A stretch of 46,493 nucleotides of DNA from a virus (lineage: Duplodnaviria > Caudoviricetes): the IMG/VR virus record IMGVR_UViG_3300046059_000016, positions 1 through 46,493 of that record; one strand, 5' to 3'. A program made the translations under genes and the position numbers. The notes under the pieces are model-generated. The model saw only the letters and a list, made by a program, of their open reading frames with translations. It did no database searches and was not told the origin of the DNA. Shown here piece after piece: positions 18,826 to 28,532 of the stretch. How positions within the stretch are numbered: position 1 is the stretch's first letter; every line of letters begins with the position of its first letter.

Positions 18826-19353
18826 TTATCCTGGAAACTGATCTACTCGATCCTGGGCGTTTTCCAGCAGTTGATCTGGATCCTGGCCGGTGACTGCCCC
18901 GATCAGGAAGGTGCGATCCCGATCAGTCAGATCGGCCAGATCGAACCAGGCGGAATCCCCGATGTGATCCGGGTTCGCCCAGTGGACTTTCTCGGGTTTC
19001 ACCACCTGGGGCATGATCACGTCCCGGAAGAACAGGATCACCCGGAACTTTTCATCCAGTTCTTCCAGATCCTCGGGTTCCACTTCATCCAAATTTACAT
19101 CGCCAGTGTCGCTGATGTCGGCCTGGGTATCCACATCACCCAGTTCATCGGCCATGTCGGTGATCCCGTATTCATCGATCAGGCTGGCGAACTTCGCGGG
19201 CTGCATGATGGCGATCTTCATCTTCATCTGGCCATCCGGCAGCACCACGACATCCGTTTCAGCAGTCTGTTCCTGGTATCCCTGCTGGCTGGCCCACTGC
19301 ACATCTTCCTGGGTTTCAGTCTCGGGTTCAGAACCGCTGGATTCAGTCGCCAT
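18826..19353 (-). CDS. tail assembly chaperone (G-like)
   Basis: Position upstream of tape measure; acidic 175 aa. Confidence 0.7.
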   Translation of the reverse strand: MATESSGSEPETETQEDVQWASQQGYQEQTAETDVVVLPDGQMKMKIAIMQPAKFASLIDEYGITDMADELGDVDTQADISDTGDVNLDEVEPEDLEELDEKFRVILFFRDVIMPQVVKPEKVHWANPDHIGDSAWFDLADLTDRDRTFLIGAVTGQDPDQLLENAQDRVDQFPG

Positions 19354-19362
19354 ACACCGAGG

Positions 19363-19402
19363 AACGGCAGTTCACCGCATAAACCAGCATCACGCTGGAT
19401 TC
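19363..19402 (-). promoter_or_regulatory. Late-type promoter
   Basis: CCAGCGTGATGC (19387-19398), TTTATG (19378-19383), ATG at 19353. Confidence 0.8.
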
Positions 19403-19414
19403 CCGAGGGGTTCC

Positions 19415-19519
19415 CTAACAGGAATCTAACAGTCCCCGAACCTATATCACACGCGAGAACACACGTATCAGAATACCAGCAGCCCCACTGGTGGAACGGT
19501 GCCTGCTGGAACGGTGATA
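19415..19519 (+). promoter_or_regulatory. Promoter/leader of plus-strand island (CTAACAG tandem, TATA, hairpin copy E)
   Basis: CTAACAGGAATCTAACAGTC, CCTATATC at 19441, two TGGAACGGTG copies. Confidence 0.55.
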
Positions 19520-19523
19520 GCCT

Positions 19524-20123
19524 ATGGCTACAAGATCGAAAGACGGGATCGGGAAAGATCCCGAAGAAGTGGAAGCAGCACTGCCTTCAGATGATGCGGT
19601 TCTGGAACACCTGGAATCCCAAGCCGAAGCCACAGCAGATCCGGCTTCGGAACCCGAGCCACCCAGCCGGGAAGAACTGTGGCAGGTGATCCAGGATCAG
19701 AACGAACAGATGGAACAGATGGCCCAGCGCATCGATCAACTGGAACAGCAGGTGGAAGATGTCGAATTCGAAGCCACCACTGTGGAAGAAGTGGCCGATC
19801 AGTTGGAATCCGGGAAGATCGGGGGTGAAGCCGGTGCAGATTTCATCCAGCAGTTCATCGAGGTTCCCAGCCACGGCAGTAAAATCGATGCACGCACCAC
19901 CCAACTGTTCCTTACGATCATCCGCGAAAACCGGGTGGGAACACCCGTTACATCCTCGGATGTCGTGAACTGGTTCCCTGCACTGCAGGATTCAGCGAAC
20001 CCATCCGTGCAGTCGAAACGGATGATGGAACGCCTGGTGGAACATCGTGAAGATGGCTTCTATCTCGGGGAGATCGAACTGAAGAAGCATCGAGGGAAGA
20101 ACGCGATCTGGCTGGCCGAATAG
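19524..20123 (+). CDS. coiled-coil plus putative winged-helix DNA-binding protein
   Basis: QIQDQNEQMEQMAQRIDQLEQQVE-type heptads; C-terminal VTSSDV...SKRMMERL...wing; T-tract after stop. Confidence 0.75.
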   Translation: MATRSKDGIGKDPEEVEAALPSDDAVLEHLESQAEATADPASEPEPPSREELWQVIQDQNEQMEQMAQRIDQLEQQVEDVEFEATTVEEVADQLESGKIGGEAGADFIQQFIEVPSHGSKIDARTTQLFLTIIRENRVGTPVTSSDVVNWFPALQDSANPSVQSKRMMERLVEHREDGFYLGEIELKKHRGKNAIWLAE

Positions 20124-20149
20124 ACGGCCACCAGAAAGCGGCTTTTTTC

Positions 20150-20462
20150 GCTGTTAGTTCACGGTTATCAGTTACCCCAGAAAATCGGTGTGTCGGTTAG
20201 ATTCTTCGGCCTAAGTCGCTGAACGCTTTGTTAGGCCGAAGGGCTTCCCCAGTGTCGCCACTATCTAACACTACCTCATGGCGGAGCGGTAGCAAAAGGT
20301 GTTGAGGAAGGGTGAAGCGTTTGCTGTTACATTCTGGTTAGGCTGCTGTTCGTGGCCGGTATCTGCCTAACCCCCCGCCGATTTTGAAAGATAACTTCTA
20401 ACTAACAACTACCGGCAAATGTTTCCCTTACACCTATCGGAATGTGTTAGGATGTGTTACCC
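20150..20462. repeat. Non-coding region with clustered GTTA(G/C) repeats and an 11-bp inverted repeat; candidate origin/operator
   Basis: About a dozen GTTAG/GTTAC/CTAAC words; CTTCGGCCTAA (20204-20214) / TTAGGCCGAAG (20231-20241); lower GC. Confidence 0.5.
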
Positions 20463-20470
20463 ATCGGCGT

Positions 20471-20944
20471 ATGGGAACTGGCGATCAGTTACCGAACGAC
20501 TGGGAACAGCGACGTGAAAAAGCGTTCATCAAGTGTAACAACCGATGCGTGAACTGTGGTGCTGAAGGTGGGATAGATGGTGAATCCGTCTTAGAGGTTC
20601 ATCACGTCGTTCCGGTTCACGACGGTGGATCACACCGGGTTAGTAACTTAGTCACACTGTGCTTAGACTGCCACCCGAAGGCCGATCAGTGGGCGGATCC
20701 ATCCACCAGCATCGAGGATTACGACGACTGGAAGGAACAGGCACGATTCCTGCAGCAAACCACCTGGCTTAGTGAATCTGAATCGAAGGTGTATGTGCTT
20801 CGATCACGCGGGTGGAATCCTGGCGATATAGCCGATGAAATCGGATCCACGAAAAATTCCATTTCAGCACTTCAGCCACGGGTGAAGAAGAAAATCGAGC
20901 GTTCAAAGCACACCATCGCCGTCGTGGAAGAAGAATTCTACTAA
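20471..20944 (+). CDS. HNH endonuclease with C-terminal HTH
   Basis: W...R...CVNCG...LEVHHVVP...GGSH..SNLVTLCLDCH; LSESESKVYVL...DIADEIG HTH. Confidence 0.88.
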   Translation: MGTGDQLPNDWEQRREKAFIKCNNRCVNCGAEGGIDGESVLEVHHVVPVHDGGSHRVSNLVTLCLDCHPKADQWADPSTSIEDYDDWKEQARFLQQTTWLSESESKVYVLRSRGWNPGDIADEIGSTKNSISALQPRVKKKIERSKHTIAVVEEEFY

Positions 20945-21213
20945 CAGCGAACTAACCCGGTTCTACAGCAGCCATCAGAACGGCGTGAACGGCTGCTGAA
21001 GGACATCGAGTGTAGGCCGATGCGTGGCACCTGGAACGGGAACGACGTTCAGCACACACATGGCACGCCTACAGGTGGCCCAGTTCTTCCAGGTATCGGT
21101 TCCGATCAAGATTCTACAGCAGCGGCTGGTGTGGATACAGTCGAATCGAAGAAGCCGTGTTCGGAAGCCAGCCCATCGAGGCAGGTGATCCCCACTGTCA
21201 TGTGACAGCGGGA

Positions 21214-22221
21214 TCAGTAGGCCGACGTTTGGCTGTTCACCAGCGTGGCCTGCACATCGTAGGTGGAAGCCTGATCTTCGGCTTCCCATTCGATGTTCTC
21301 GATGATCGCATCCTGTTCGTTCAGTTGGGCTTCATGGGTGGACAGGATGATGCTGGGCAGATCCAGTTCCAGGCTGTAGTTTTTCGTGCCAGCCGTAACC
21401 TCGGGTGATGTCCACTTCGCGTTCATCGAGGCTTTATACAGTTGATCCTCGGGCTGGGTGGCCCCGGCGGAACCCAGGAACAGTTCCAGCGCGTTCGTGT
21501 TTTCGAAATCGAGGTTCAGGGTGCCACTGATGGCCCGTTCCCCGACATGGCACTTATCGGGGGTTCGGCTGCCCCGGATCTTTTCATCCAGATCGTTTTC
21601 GATGGATGCACTGAATTCGGCCACATCCACGCTTCGATCCGTGCCATCCAGCGTGATTACGCCATCGTGCCACACGAAAGGCCGAAGATCGCTGTAGGTT
21701 GGGCTGGCCTGGCTACCCTGTAGTTGGAATTCCTTTGCTGTCATGTCGGTGGACAGCATCAGGTATTCCTCGGGGGTGTGGCTGATTTCCAGGGAATCGA
21801 TCCCGACACCGACATGGCGGGCTGCATCGATGGCCCCCAGGCCCAGTTCGACTGCCCAGGAAGGCAGTTTTTTGCTCGCGTCGAACGTGTGGGTGCCTGT
21901 ATCGTTCGTGCTGTCACCATCTTCATCAGATGCAGTTACGCTGGCCGTTCCCAGCGCACCTTTCAGCAGATACCCCGTTCCGTTTTCGGGGCCAGCGACC
22001 ATTTCCACGCTGCCATCATCTTCGAACACACCCGTGGCAGCCTGGAACCTGGATCTGCCCCGGATGTTCGAATCGAACAGCGGGCTGTTTTCTGCACTGA
22101 ACCCATCCGACTGGATGGGCAGATATACGCTGGGGGCAGCGCCCCCACCGTAACTGGCTTCTTCGGCCAGGCCACAGTAGCCCTGGAACGACTGGCCATC
22201 AGTTCCGATGTTCTGGGTCAT
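21214..22221 (-). CDS. major tail tube protein
   Basis: GLAEEASYG start, 335 aa, beta-rich, position after neck genes. Confidence 0.8.
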   Translation of the reverse strand: MTQNIGTDGQSFQGYCGLAEEASYGGGAAPSVYLPIQSDGFSAENSPLFDSNIRGRSRFQAATGVFEDDGSVEMVAGPENGTGYLLKGALGTASVTASDEDGDSTNDTGTHTFDASKKLPSWAVELGLGAIDAARHVGVGIDSLEISHTPEEYLMLSTDMTAKEFQLQGSQASPTYSDLRPFVWHDGVITLDGTDRSVDVAEFSASIENDLDEKIRGSRTPDKCHVGERAISGTLNLDFENTNALELFLGSAGATQPEDQLYKASMNAKWTSPEVTAGTKNYSLELDLPSIILSTHEAQLNEQDAIIENIEWEAEDQASTYDVQATLVNSQTSAY

Positions 22222-22679
22222 GCCTGATCACCTGTTTCTTCCTCGGATTCCGAACCAGATGAACCTGCATCACGCTGGTTTTCTGATTCGCCGCTGTAGT
22301 GGGTGGACATGTGGCCGTTCAGCGATTTCGGGCTGGGGAACACCTTCCCACAGACACCGCCATCTTCAGTGGGGTGTTCGCACACCACACCGTAGCAGAT
22401 CAGCGGGTTCGACAGTTCCCCGTTCGTGATCTGTTCGGCCACGGGTTCGGCCACCGCGTTCGCTGGTGCTTCACCTTCCCGGATCGCTTCCTCGGAAGCG
22501 ACTGGAAGGGGTTCGTGCATCTGGAACCCCGCTTCAGGGGTTTCCTTCACTGTCATTTCAAACCGAATCCCGAAATCATCCAGCACCACGGATGTCTGCC
22601 TGCCTCGGAACTGGATGTATTCGGTGATGGGATCGCCGCCATCATCTTCCGGTTCATCTTTCGGTAGTTCTCGTGCCAT
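22218..22679 (-). CDS. hypothetical protein with C2H2 Zn finger
   Basis: CEH...CGKVFPSPKSLNGHMSTH. Confidence 0.75.
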   Translation of the reverse strand: MARELPKDEPEDDGGDPITEYIQFRGRQTSVVLDDFGIRFEMTVKETPEAGFQMHEPLPVASEEAIREGEAPANAVAEPVAEQITNGELSNPLICYGVVCEHPTEDGGVCGKVFPSPKSLNGHMSTHYSGESENQRDAGSSGSESEEETGDQA

Positions 22680-22692
22680 GTGTGTGCTTAGA

Positions 22693-23238
22693 TCATGGTT
22701 TTCGACGTTTCGTTTCCACCGTGAAATCGGCAGTTCCGTATTTCAGGTGGGTGTTCTCGGTGCCGACGTTCAGCGCGAAATCGAACGATACTGCATCAGA
22801 TCCAGCCAGGTGTGCATTCCTGGCGATGGGATCTGTGCCACCGGATTTCTGCAGCGTTCGGTTGTTCTCGATGTTATTCACCACGTTCCCGATGATCACC
22901 TGGGCCAGTTCCAGGCCATACTGCTGATCGTAATCGGCCACCCACGCCGAAACGCTGAACCCATATGTGGTATCGTTCGCCTGCACGTTCCTGGGTTCAT
23001 CATCCAGCCCGGTGGGAACCGACATCACCACGGGAAGTTTGTAGTGGTTCAACAGTTGATCGGCTGAAACCACCCCTTTGATGTGGTGTTCCACATCCGG
23101 GTTTGATCCAGATCCATCGAGATTCCCGCTGGATAGGTGGTTATCCACGGCCACATCCCGGAACCGTTCCAGGATCTGCAGATGGGCTTCGGTGAACCCA
23201 TCGAAATCCGAGGGATTGAATCCTGCCTCGGTGGGCAT
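22693..23238 (-). CDS. tail completion/terminator protein (putative)
   Basis: Size and synteny. Confidence 0.55.
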   Translation of the reverse strand: MPTEAGFNPSDFDGFTEAHLQILERFRDVAVDNHLSSGNLDGSGSNPDVEHHIKGVVSADQLLNHYKLPVVMSVPTGLDDEPRNVQANDTTYGFSVSAWVADYDQQYGLELAQVIIGNVVNNIENNRTLQKSGGTDPIARNAHLAGSDAVSFDFALNVGTENTHLKYGTADFTVETKRRKP

Positions 23239-23240
23239 GG

Positions 23241-23759
23241 CTACAGGCCACCCCCACGGAACGCATCATCCACCGCATCCTGGGCGATCTGATCAGCCCT
23301 GGCCTGCCACTTCCGAAGGGACCGATCCACGAATTCGTTCGGGAAGGAATCGTGGCCTTCATGGAAGATGTTCCAGCGGATCGCCTGGGCTGCTTCCCGG
23401 ATGCTGGTGGTGGTTACGATCTTTGCCCTGGCCCACTGCAGGATCGGATCCAGCGGTGGGGGGATGGTGGTGTAACTGGTTCCCTCGATGATGGCGTGGT
23501 GCAGCGGCCAGCCTTCCTGGGTTTTCTTCCGGGGGGCGATGGATTTCCGGTAGGGATCCCTGCTTTCCACCCTCGGTTTGATGGTGGTTCGCATGTTCAC
23601 GTTCGGGATCCCCACACCCTCTGGGGCTTCTTCCTTCATGTGGCGTTCCGCCAGGATCGATAGTTGATCCACTGCATCCTGGCTGCCGTCCCCGAGGATT
23701 TCCTTCCAGCGATCAGCATCACGCCGATCCACATCCACTTCGATGTTCAGATCAGACAT
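23241..23759 (-). CDS. neck protein, HK97 gp10-like (putative)
   Basis: MKEEAP...MRTTI...IIEGT...PNEFVDRS pattern; synteny. Confidence 0.6.
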   Translation of the reverse strand: MSDLNIEVDVDRRDADRWKEILGDGSQDAVDQLSILAERHMKEEAPEGVGIPNVNMRTTIKPRVESRDPYRKSIAPRKKTQEGWPLHHAIIEGTSYTTIPPPLDPILQWARAKIVTTTSIREAAQAIRWNIFHEGHDSFPNEFVDRSLRKWQARADQIAQDAVDDAFRGGGL

Positions 23760-23765
23760 GGATGA

Positions 23766-24227
23766 TCACCCCAGATCCACCAGGCTGGATGTACGGCCAC
23801 CGCTGGGGGAACTGGATCCCTGGGATTCCACGGTGTCGGTGGTTCCGTAGCCTTTCCGCATCACCCAATCATCGAACTTCGAAGAAGCCCGATGTTCCAG
23901 GAATACATGGCGTTTCTGCCCTTCATCTTCCTCGGATCGGAAGTTCTGGGCGTGGCGTTCATGTGCCTCGGATGCGGCCTGCAGTTCGACTGCTTTCACC
24001 AGCAGCGGGTGATCATCCTCGATGGTGCTGGGATCCGGCAGATCACCGGGTATGTCGCCATCGGTGGCTTCCTTCCACCACGCCTGCACCGACTGGGTGG
24101 CGCTTACGATGTCCGTTTCTACATCTTTCTGGCTTCCCTGAACGGGAATATCGATGTATTTACGCACACCATCGCTGGTGGCCCAGTGATCATCATCCAG
24201 TTCGCTGCTGGTGATTTCTGCCATCAA
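23766..24227 (-). CDS. head-tail adaptor (putative)
   Basis: WATSDGVRKY start, helical, position after capsid gene. Confidence 0.6.
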   Translation of the reverse strand: MMAEITSSELDDDHWATSDGVRKYIDIPVQGSQKDVETDIVSATQSVQAWWKEATDGDIPGDLPDPSTIEDDHPLLVKAVELQAASEAHERHAQNFRSEEDEGQKRHVFLEHRASSKFDDWVMRKGYGTTDTVESQGSSSPSGGRTSSLVDLG

Positions 24228-24586
24228 TCATCACCCCGATCTGATGGTGGCCCACGGTGGAAATCATCCCGGCTGTCGTGGCGTTCATCCAGCCTGGCTG
24301 TTTCTTCCCGTAGTTCCTGGATTTCCTGTTCGTTCATGCCCATCCGTTCCAGCATCATTTCCTGCCTCGATACGATGTGATCCTGTTTCTGATCCACCCG
24401 CTGCAGATCATCCTGCACCTTTTCGTGATCCTCGGCCAGTGCCTCGATGTCTGCACCGTTATCCTGGATGTCGGAATCCAGCAGCCGGTAGCCTATCGCT
24501 GCAGCGACCCACAGCATGGCCACCATAATCCCGGTGTATTGATTCGCCACATCCACCAGGCCCGACAGTCCCGACATGGGGATCAC
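24224..24586 (-). CDS. membrane protein with coiled coil
   Basis: GIMVAMLWVAAAIGY hydrophobic segment, then heptads. Confidence 0.7.
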   Translation of the reverse strand: MIPMSGLSGLVDVANQYTGIMVAMLWVAAAIGYRLLDSDIQDNGADIEALAEDHEKVQDDLQRVDQKQDHIVSRQEMMLERMGMNEQEIQELREETARLDERHDSRDDFHRGPPSDRGDD

Positions 24587-25011
24587 CGCCGATCTTCGAT
24601 GGCTTCGATCACCGAGGAACGCGGTTCGCCATCCCGATCCCGTTCAGCGGCTTCCACCGCATCCAGATGTTCATCAGCTGCCCCATCCTCGATCTGGCTG
24701 GTGACAGACTGCCAGGAATCATCCACGAACCCAGCAGCATCGAATTCCTCGGAACCATCTTCCTCGGAACTGTCGGCTTCCTCGGAACCGGCAGATTCGG
24801 TATCTGCATCAGGTTCGGGATCTTCCGGGGCGGGTGGGGCTTCTTCGACACCGGCTTCCTCGGGGTGCTGCCAGCCTCGGTTCAGGTACTGATCCACCTT
24901 CCCATCAGGCACGTCGAACGTGCCTGGCCCGGTGTAGTAGGTTTCTTCCCCATCTTCACCACGGGGATCGTGGAAGGTGCTTTCTCGCGGCCAGTGAAGT
25001 TCTGTGGACAT
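24583..25011 (-). CDS. acidic hypothetical protein following capsid gene
   Basis: C-terminal LDAVEAAE...PRSSVIEAIE motif. Confidence 0.75.
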   Translation of the reverse strand: MSTELHWPRESTFHDPRGEDGEETYYTGPGTFDVPDGKVDQYLNRGWQHPEEAGVEEAPPAPEDPEPDADTESAGSEEADSSEEDGSEEFDAAGFVDDSWQSVTSQIEDGAADEHLDAVEAAERDRDGEPRSSVIEAIEDRR

Positions 25012-25024
25012 CGATGATCACCGA

Positions 25025-26131
25025 TCAGACATCCTGGATCACTGCCCAGTTATCGGGGCGATGCAGGTGGAACCCGATTTCCTGGGCGATCTTGAACCAG
25101 GTGACGAGCGGATCGTTTTCGGTCCACATCTGGGTGAGGAACCCGTTCTGCATGTCCACAGCGAAATCCCCGCCGGGCGGGGCCTGTTCGCCGTGTTCGG
25201 CCAGGCGATCACCGAACCACGGGATGAACGCCGAAACCTGGCCAGGCGCACCGATAACGACGTTCCGAACGGTGCTGCCAGCAGATGCATCGTAGGGTTC
25301 CAGGATGTTATCCTTCACCGCGTTCCCCGGATCCGAAACCACGTTCCCGGATCCATCGATGGGTTCGCCGTTCGCGTTCGTTCGAACCACCTGGGTGCGA
25401 ACAGTCTGGATGTTTTCGACCGGCAGGATGTTCGCCACCTGATCTTCAGTCAGGCCCTGGGTGTCCACGCCGCTGAACCGGGATTCCAGATCATCGTTCT
25501 TCTTCAGATCCCGAAGCAGCGATGGCGACATGTAGGCAGTAACCTGGCCTGCCTGATCCAGCATGTCGCCATCGTTACTGATCTGGAATTCAGCATCGAT
25601 GAACGTGTTCTGGGGGTTGCTGTTCGCCGTATCGCTGAACGCGGTGGCCGGGGTGAAAACGTGGGACGTATCGATGTCCGGGTGGGCAGTCCCGCCCTCG
25701 GAACCGATCATCCCATCAATCCCACCGTAGCCACGCCACGCCACCATCGAGCGGGCGATGTCCAGGCGAAGCCGTAGGGTGCTGGAAGCGGCTTCGAACA
25801 GGTTCAGGATTTCCTGATCCGTGTTCAGTTCCGTATCAGCGCCTTTCTCGGGGCTGATCTTCGCTTTGAACGTTTCGACATCGATGGTGGATTCATCGAT
25901 GTCGTCCATGTCCACCACAGTGGATTCCGACGCCAGATCCCCACGGGGAAGGGGCATTTCGCCCCCATCCATCGTGAAGTACGTTTCCTCGGAATCGGAC
26001 AGTTCCACCAGCGGGAACACTTCCGGGGCGATCAGTGCGTTCTGGCGGTTCTGGTTATCCAGATCCCGAACGATTTCGTTCCGCAGCGTTTTCGGGCTGA
26101 TCGTATCAGCCTTTGAAAGTGTAAATGCCAT
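25025..26131 (-). CDS. major capsid protein (HK97 fold)
   Basis: 368 aa after protease and decoration genes; LIAPEVFPLV and YMSPSLLRDL features. Confidence 0.82.
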   Translation of the reverse strand: MAFTLSKADTISPKTLRNEIVRDLDNQNRQNALIAPEVFPLVELSDSEETYFTMDGGEMPLPRGDLASESTVVDMDDIDESTIDVETFKAKISPEKGADTELNTDQEILNLFEAASSTLRLRLDIARSMVAWRGYGGIDGMIGSEGGTAHPDIDTSHVFTPATAFSDTANSNPQNTFIDAEFQISNDGDMLDQAGQVTAYMSPSLLRDLKKNDDLESRFSGVDTQGLTEDQVANILPVENIQTVRTQVVRTNANGEPIDGSGNVVSDPGNAVKDNILEPYDASAGSTVRNVVIGAPGQVSAFIPWFGDRLAEHGEQAPPGGDFAVDMQNGFLTQMWTENDPLVTWFKIAQEIGFHLHRPDNWAVIQDV

Positions 26132-26137
26132 GATTGA

Positions 26138-26551
26138 TTACCTCCAGGCAGCCACAGCCACCCGATCACCGACGTGCAGGCTTCGGACGTTCGTGGTGAT
26201 CACCTGGCCGTAGGCGTTCGTTTTATCGATGGCAGCAGCCCCTGAATCCGTATCAGAAACTGTGCCACCAGCGCGTTCCGCCACCAGATCACCGGCAGTC
26301 GGGGCGTAACTACCTTCGGGGGAAAGGTAGAACACGGGCTTCGAAACCCGAACCGCATCATCGGTGGTATCATCCGAGGGGTCCGTGATCAGCATCCCCA
26401 GGGCAGCCGCATCATCGGTGGCCTGCTGCACCTGGGTGAAGTTCGAACCTTCCCCGGTCACTTCCACCAGATCGCCTGGTTCGGACGTTCCCGCATCCGT
26501 TACTTCCACGGGGATTTCATCCCCAGGTTCGTAGGCGACGTATCGAGTCAT
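26138..26551 (-). CDS. head decoration/cement protein (putative)
   Basis: 137 aa between scaffold and MCP; PGDLV repeats. Confidence 0.6.
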   Translation of the reverse strand: MTRYVAYEPGDEIPVEVTDAGTSEPGDLVEVTGEGSNFTQVQQATDDAAALGMLITDPSDDTTDDAVRVSKPVFYLSPEGSYAPTAGDLVAERAGGTVSDTDSGAAAIDKTNAYGQVITTNVRSLHVGDRVAVAAWR

Positions 26552-26553
26552 GT

Positions 26554-28314
26554 TCAGTTAGCACCCCCGGACATCTTCGCCTGCAGTTCGCGTTCGGAAT
26601 CGTATTCCGAAGCCTCGATCCCGTAGTTCGAATCCACGTATTCGGCAGGCGACTGGCCCGCATCCGAGGCTTCCGCCAGTTCCCTGGCCCGAAGCACACC
26701 CTTTGCGGCCTGATCCGCATCTTCCTGGCTTCCGCCAGAACCAGCGGATTCCACGCTGCCCACCGATTCATCGGCAGCGACAGCAGCGGAAAGTTCATCC
26801 CGCTTTGCCTTCGACCGCCCGAACTGCCGCCACCGTTCACCGGCCATCGCTTCCAGTTCGCTGATCGGCTTCCCGGCCAGATCTTCCTGGCGGGATTCCC
26901 GATCCTCGGTATCGAACTTCGGAAGGGCTGCTTCCAGATCAGCGATTTCAGCCCGAAGATCCTCGGTGAACGCATCCACCACATCCTGGGCTTCGAAATC
27001 ATCGCTGTCGGGATCCACACCCTGGGAAGCAGCGATCTGCCGGAAGTGATCTGCCTGATCCTGAAGATCGGAAACATCCGCTTCCAGATCCTCGATCTGT
27101 TCCTGTTTCGCTTCCACGGTGTCCGAAGCCTGGTTCAGTGCAGCCTTCGCCGCATCCAGATCCTCGGGATCCGTGGGAAAGTCACCATCTGTCATGTGTG
27201 AAGTGTTCGCTTCAGCCTGATCCGTATCTGCCTCGATGGATCCAGCAGCAGCCCGAAGGGTGCGAACGAACCCATCGGATGCCTGATTCGGGGAACTGGC
27301 TGCCATCCGGCCCGCTGCCTCGGCAGCAGCGGCCAGTTCCGGCAGGTTCCCGTTCTTTGCCCCGTCCACAGCCTGATCAGGAACGACATCCACGCGATGG
27401 ATTTCAGTGGCTGCTACCTGCAGCGCACCATCATCACGCTTCTTCGGCTGGCCATCTGATCCAGTGGCCAGCGCGATGTTCCCCACGATGCTGAACCCGA
27501 CATCTTCGAACGAACCCGCTTCAGCCGCTTCCACGGCCTTCGAATTCGTGAATTCGGATTCCCGCATCGTGATCGCTTCACGGCCTTCCACGGAATCCTG
27601 GCTGAATTCCTGGGCCACCCCGATTTCACCCAGTGCTGTCTGTGCAGCCACTGAATCATCATCGGGGTGATCGAAGCCGATCTTCACCTCGGATCCTTCG
27701 GCCTGCATCCGTGCCTGCAGGCGGTCGAAGGTGTCCGAAATGGTATCATCGGGAACGTGAACTGATGTGGGTTCGCCGTTCACCCATAGATCGTGCTGGC
27801 CCGACGCCCACACGATCCCCTTCAGCCCATCGGCTGAAGCACCAGCGGGATCAGCAGCCTCGATCTGTGCAGTGAACGACCGGGTTCCTTCCATCGAGGA
27901 AGGCAGTTCAGCGATGCTGGATTCCGAGACATCCCAGGAATCCACCGAAGATTCCTGGTGGGCTGGCCTGGCCTGCCCAGGCACCCAGCCATCATCCCGT
28001 TCCTGCATCACCTGGATCAGATACGCCGGATCATCCTCGGTGCCTTCCACCGACTGATCGGCCTGTTCGCCTGATCCATCACGGATGCGTTCGCTGAACG
28101 TGCCATCCGTGGTTACATCGATCACTACACCTCGCCAGGTGCCACCTGAACTGCTGCCCTGCACGAAATCACCCACATCGAACTGGGTTCCTTCGGCAGC
28201 AGCCAGTGACCCACTGAATTCCGGGGCATGGATCATCATCCCAGTCGCTGTATCTGCAGCAGACTGAAGATCATCGATCAGGCTGTGGATGGCCTGAATC
28301 TGTTCTGCATCCAT
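26554..28314 (-). CDS. prohead protease/scaffold
   Basis: IGFDH, GFSI and VDVVPDQAV protease-like motifs plus C-terminal acidic coiled coil. Confidence 0.72.
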   Translation of the reverse strand: MDAEQIQAIHSLIDDLQSAADTATGMMIHAPEFSGSLAAAEGTQFDVGDFVQGSSSGGTWRGVVIDVTTDGTFSERIRDGSGEQADQSVEGTEDDPAYLIQVMQERDDGWVPGQARPAHQESSVDSWDVSESSIAELPSSMEGTRSFTAQIEAADPAGASADGLKGIVWASGQHDLWVNGEPTSVHVPDDTISDTFDRLQARMQAEGSEVKIGFDHPDDDSVAAQTALGEIGVAQEFSQDSVEGREAITMRESEFTNSKAVEAAEAGSFEDVGFSIVGNIALATGSDGQPKKRDDGALQVAATEIHRVDVVPDQAVDGAKNGNLPELAAAAEAAGRMAASSPNQASDGFVRTLRAAAGSIEADTDQAEANTSHMTDGDFPTDPEDLDAAKAALNQASDTVEAKQEQIEDLEADVSDLQDQADHFRQIAASQGVDPDSDDFEAQDVVDAFTEDLRAEIADLEAALPKFDTEDRESRQEDLAGKPISELEAMAGERWRQFGRSKAKRDELSAAVAADESVGSVESAGSGGSQEDADQAAKGVLRARELAEASDAGQSPAEYVDSNYGIEASEYDSERELQAKMSGGAN

Positions 28315-28344
28315 GCTTCAACAAAACCAGATGCAGCATCGCAT

Positions 28345-28378
28345 CATAAGGCAGCATCACGCTGGTTTCGAAACCAGC
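28345..28378 (-). promoter_or_regulatory. Late-type promoter
   Basis: CCAGCGTGATGC-TGC-CTTATG; overlaps perfect palindrome GCTGGTTTCGAAACCAGC (28361-28378). Confidence 0.75.
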
Positions 28379-28388
28379 AGGATGTGCG

Positions 28389-28532
28389 TTACTGATCCTC
28401 GATGTTACTGGTGAAGATCGAACCAGCCATCCAGCCGAAGATCAGGCCGACAGCGAATCCGGCCACCAGGTAGTGGAATTCTTTGAACGTGGATGCGAAC
28501 TGCCCCAGCGCACGCCGGGGGGTGAACTTCAC
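28389..28532 (-). CDS. 47-aa membrane protein (not in ORF track)
   Basis: MKFTPRR...YLVAGFAVGLIFGWMAGSIF...; GTGA overlap. Confidence 0.7.
   Translation of the reverse strand: MKFTPRRALGQFASTFKEFHYLVAGFAVGLIFGWMAGSIFTSNIEDQ

Noticed and set aside
20975-21289. Minus-strand 104-aa ORF after the tail tube gene
   Set aside because: Overlaps the tube gene and has non-halophilic composition; likely spacer between convergent units
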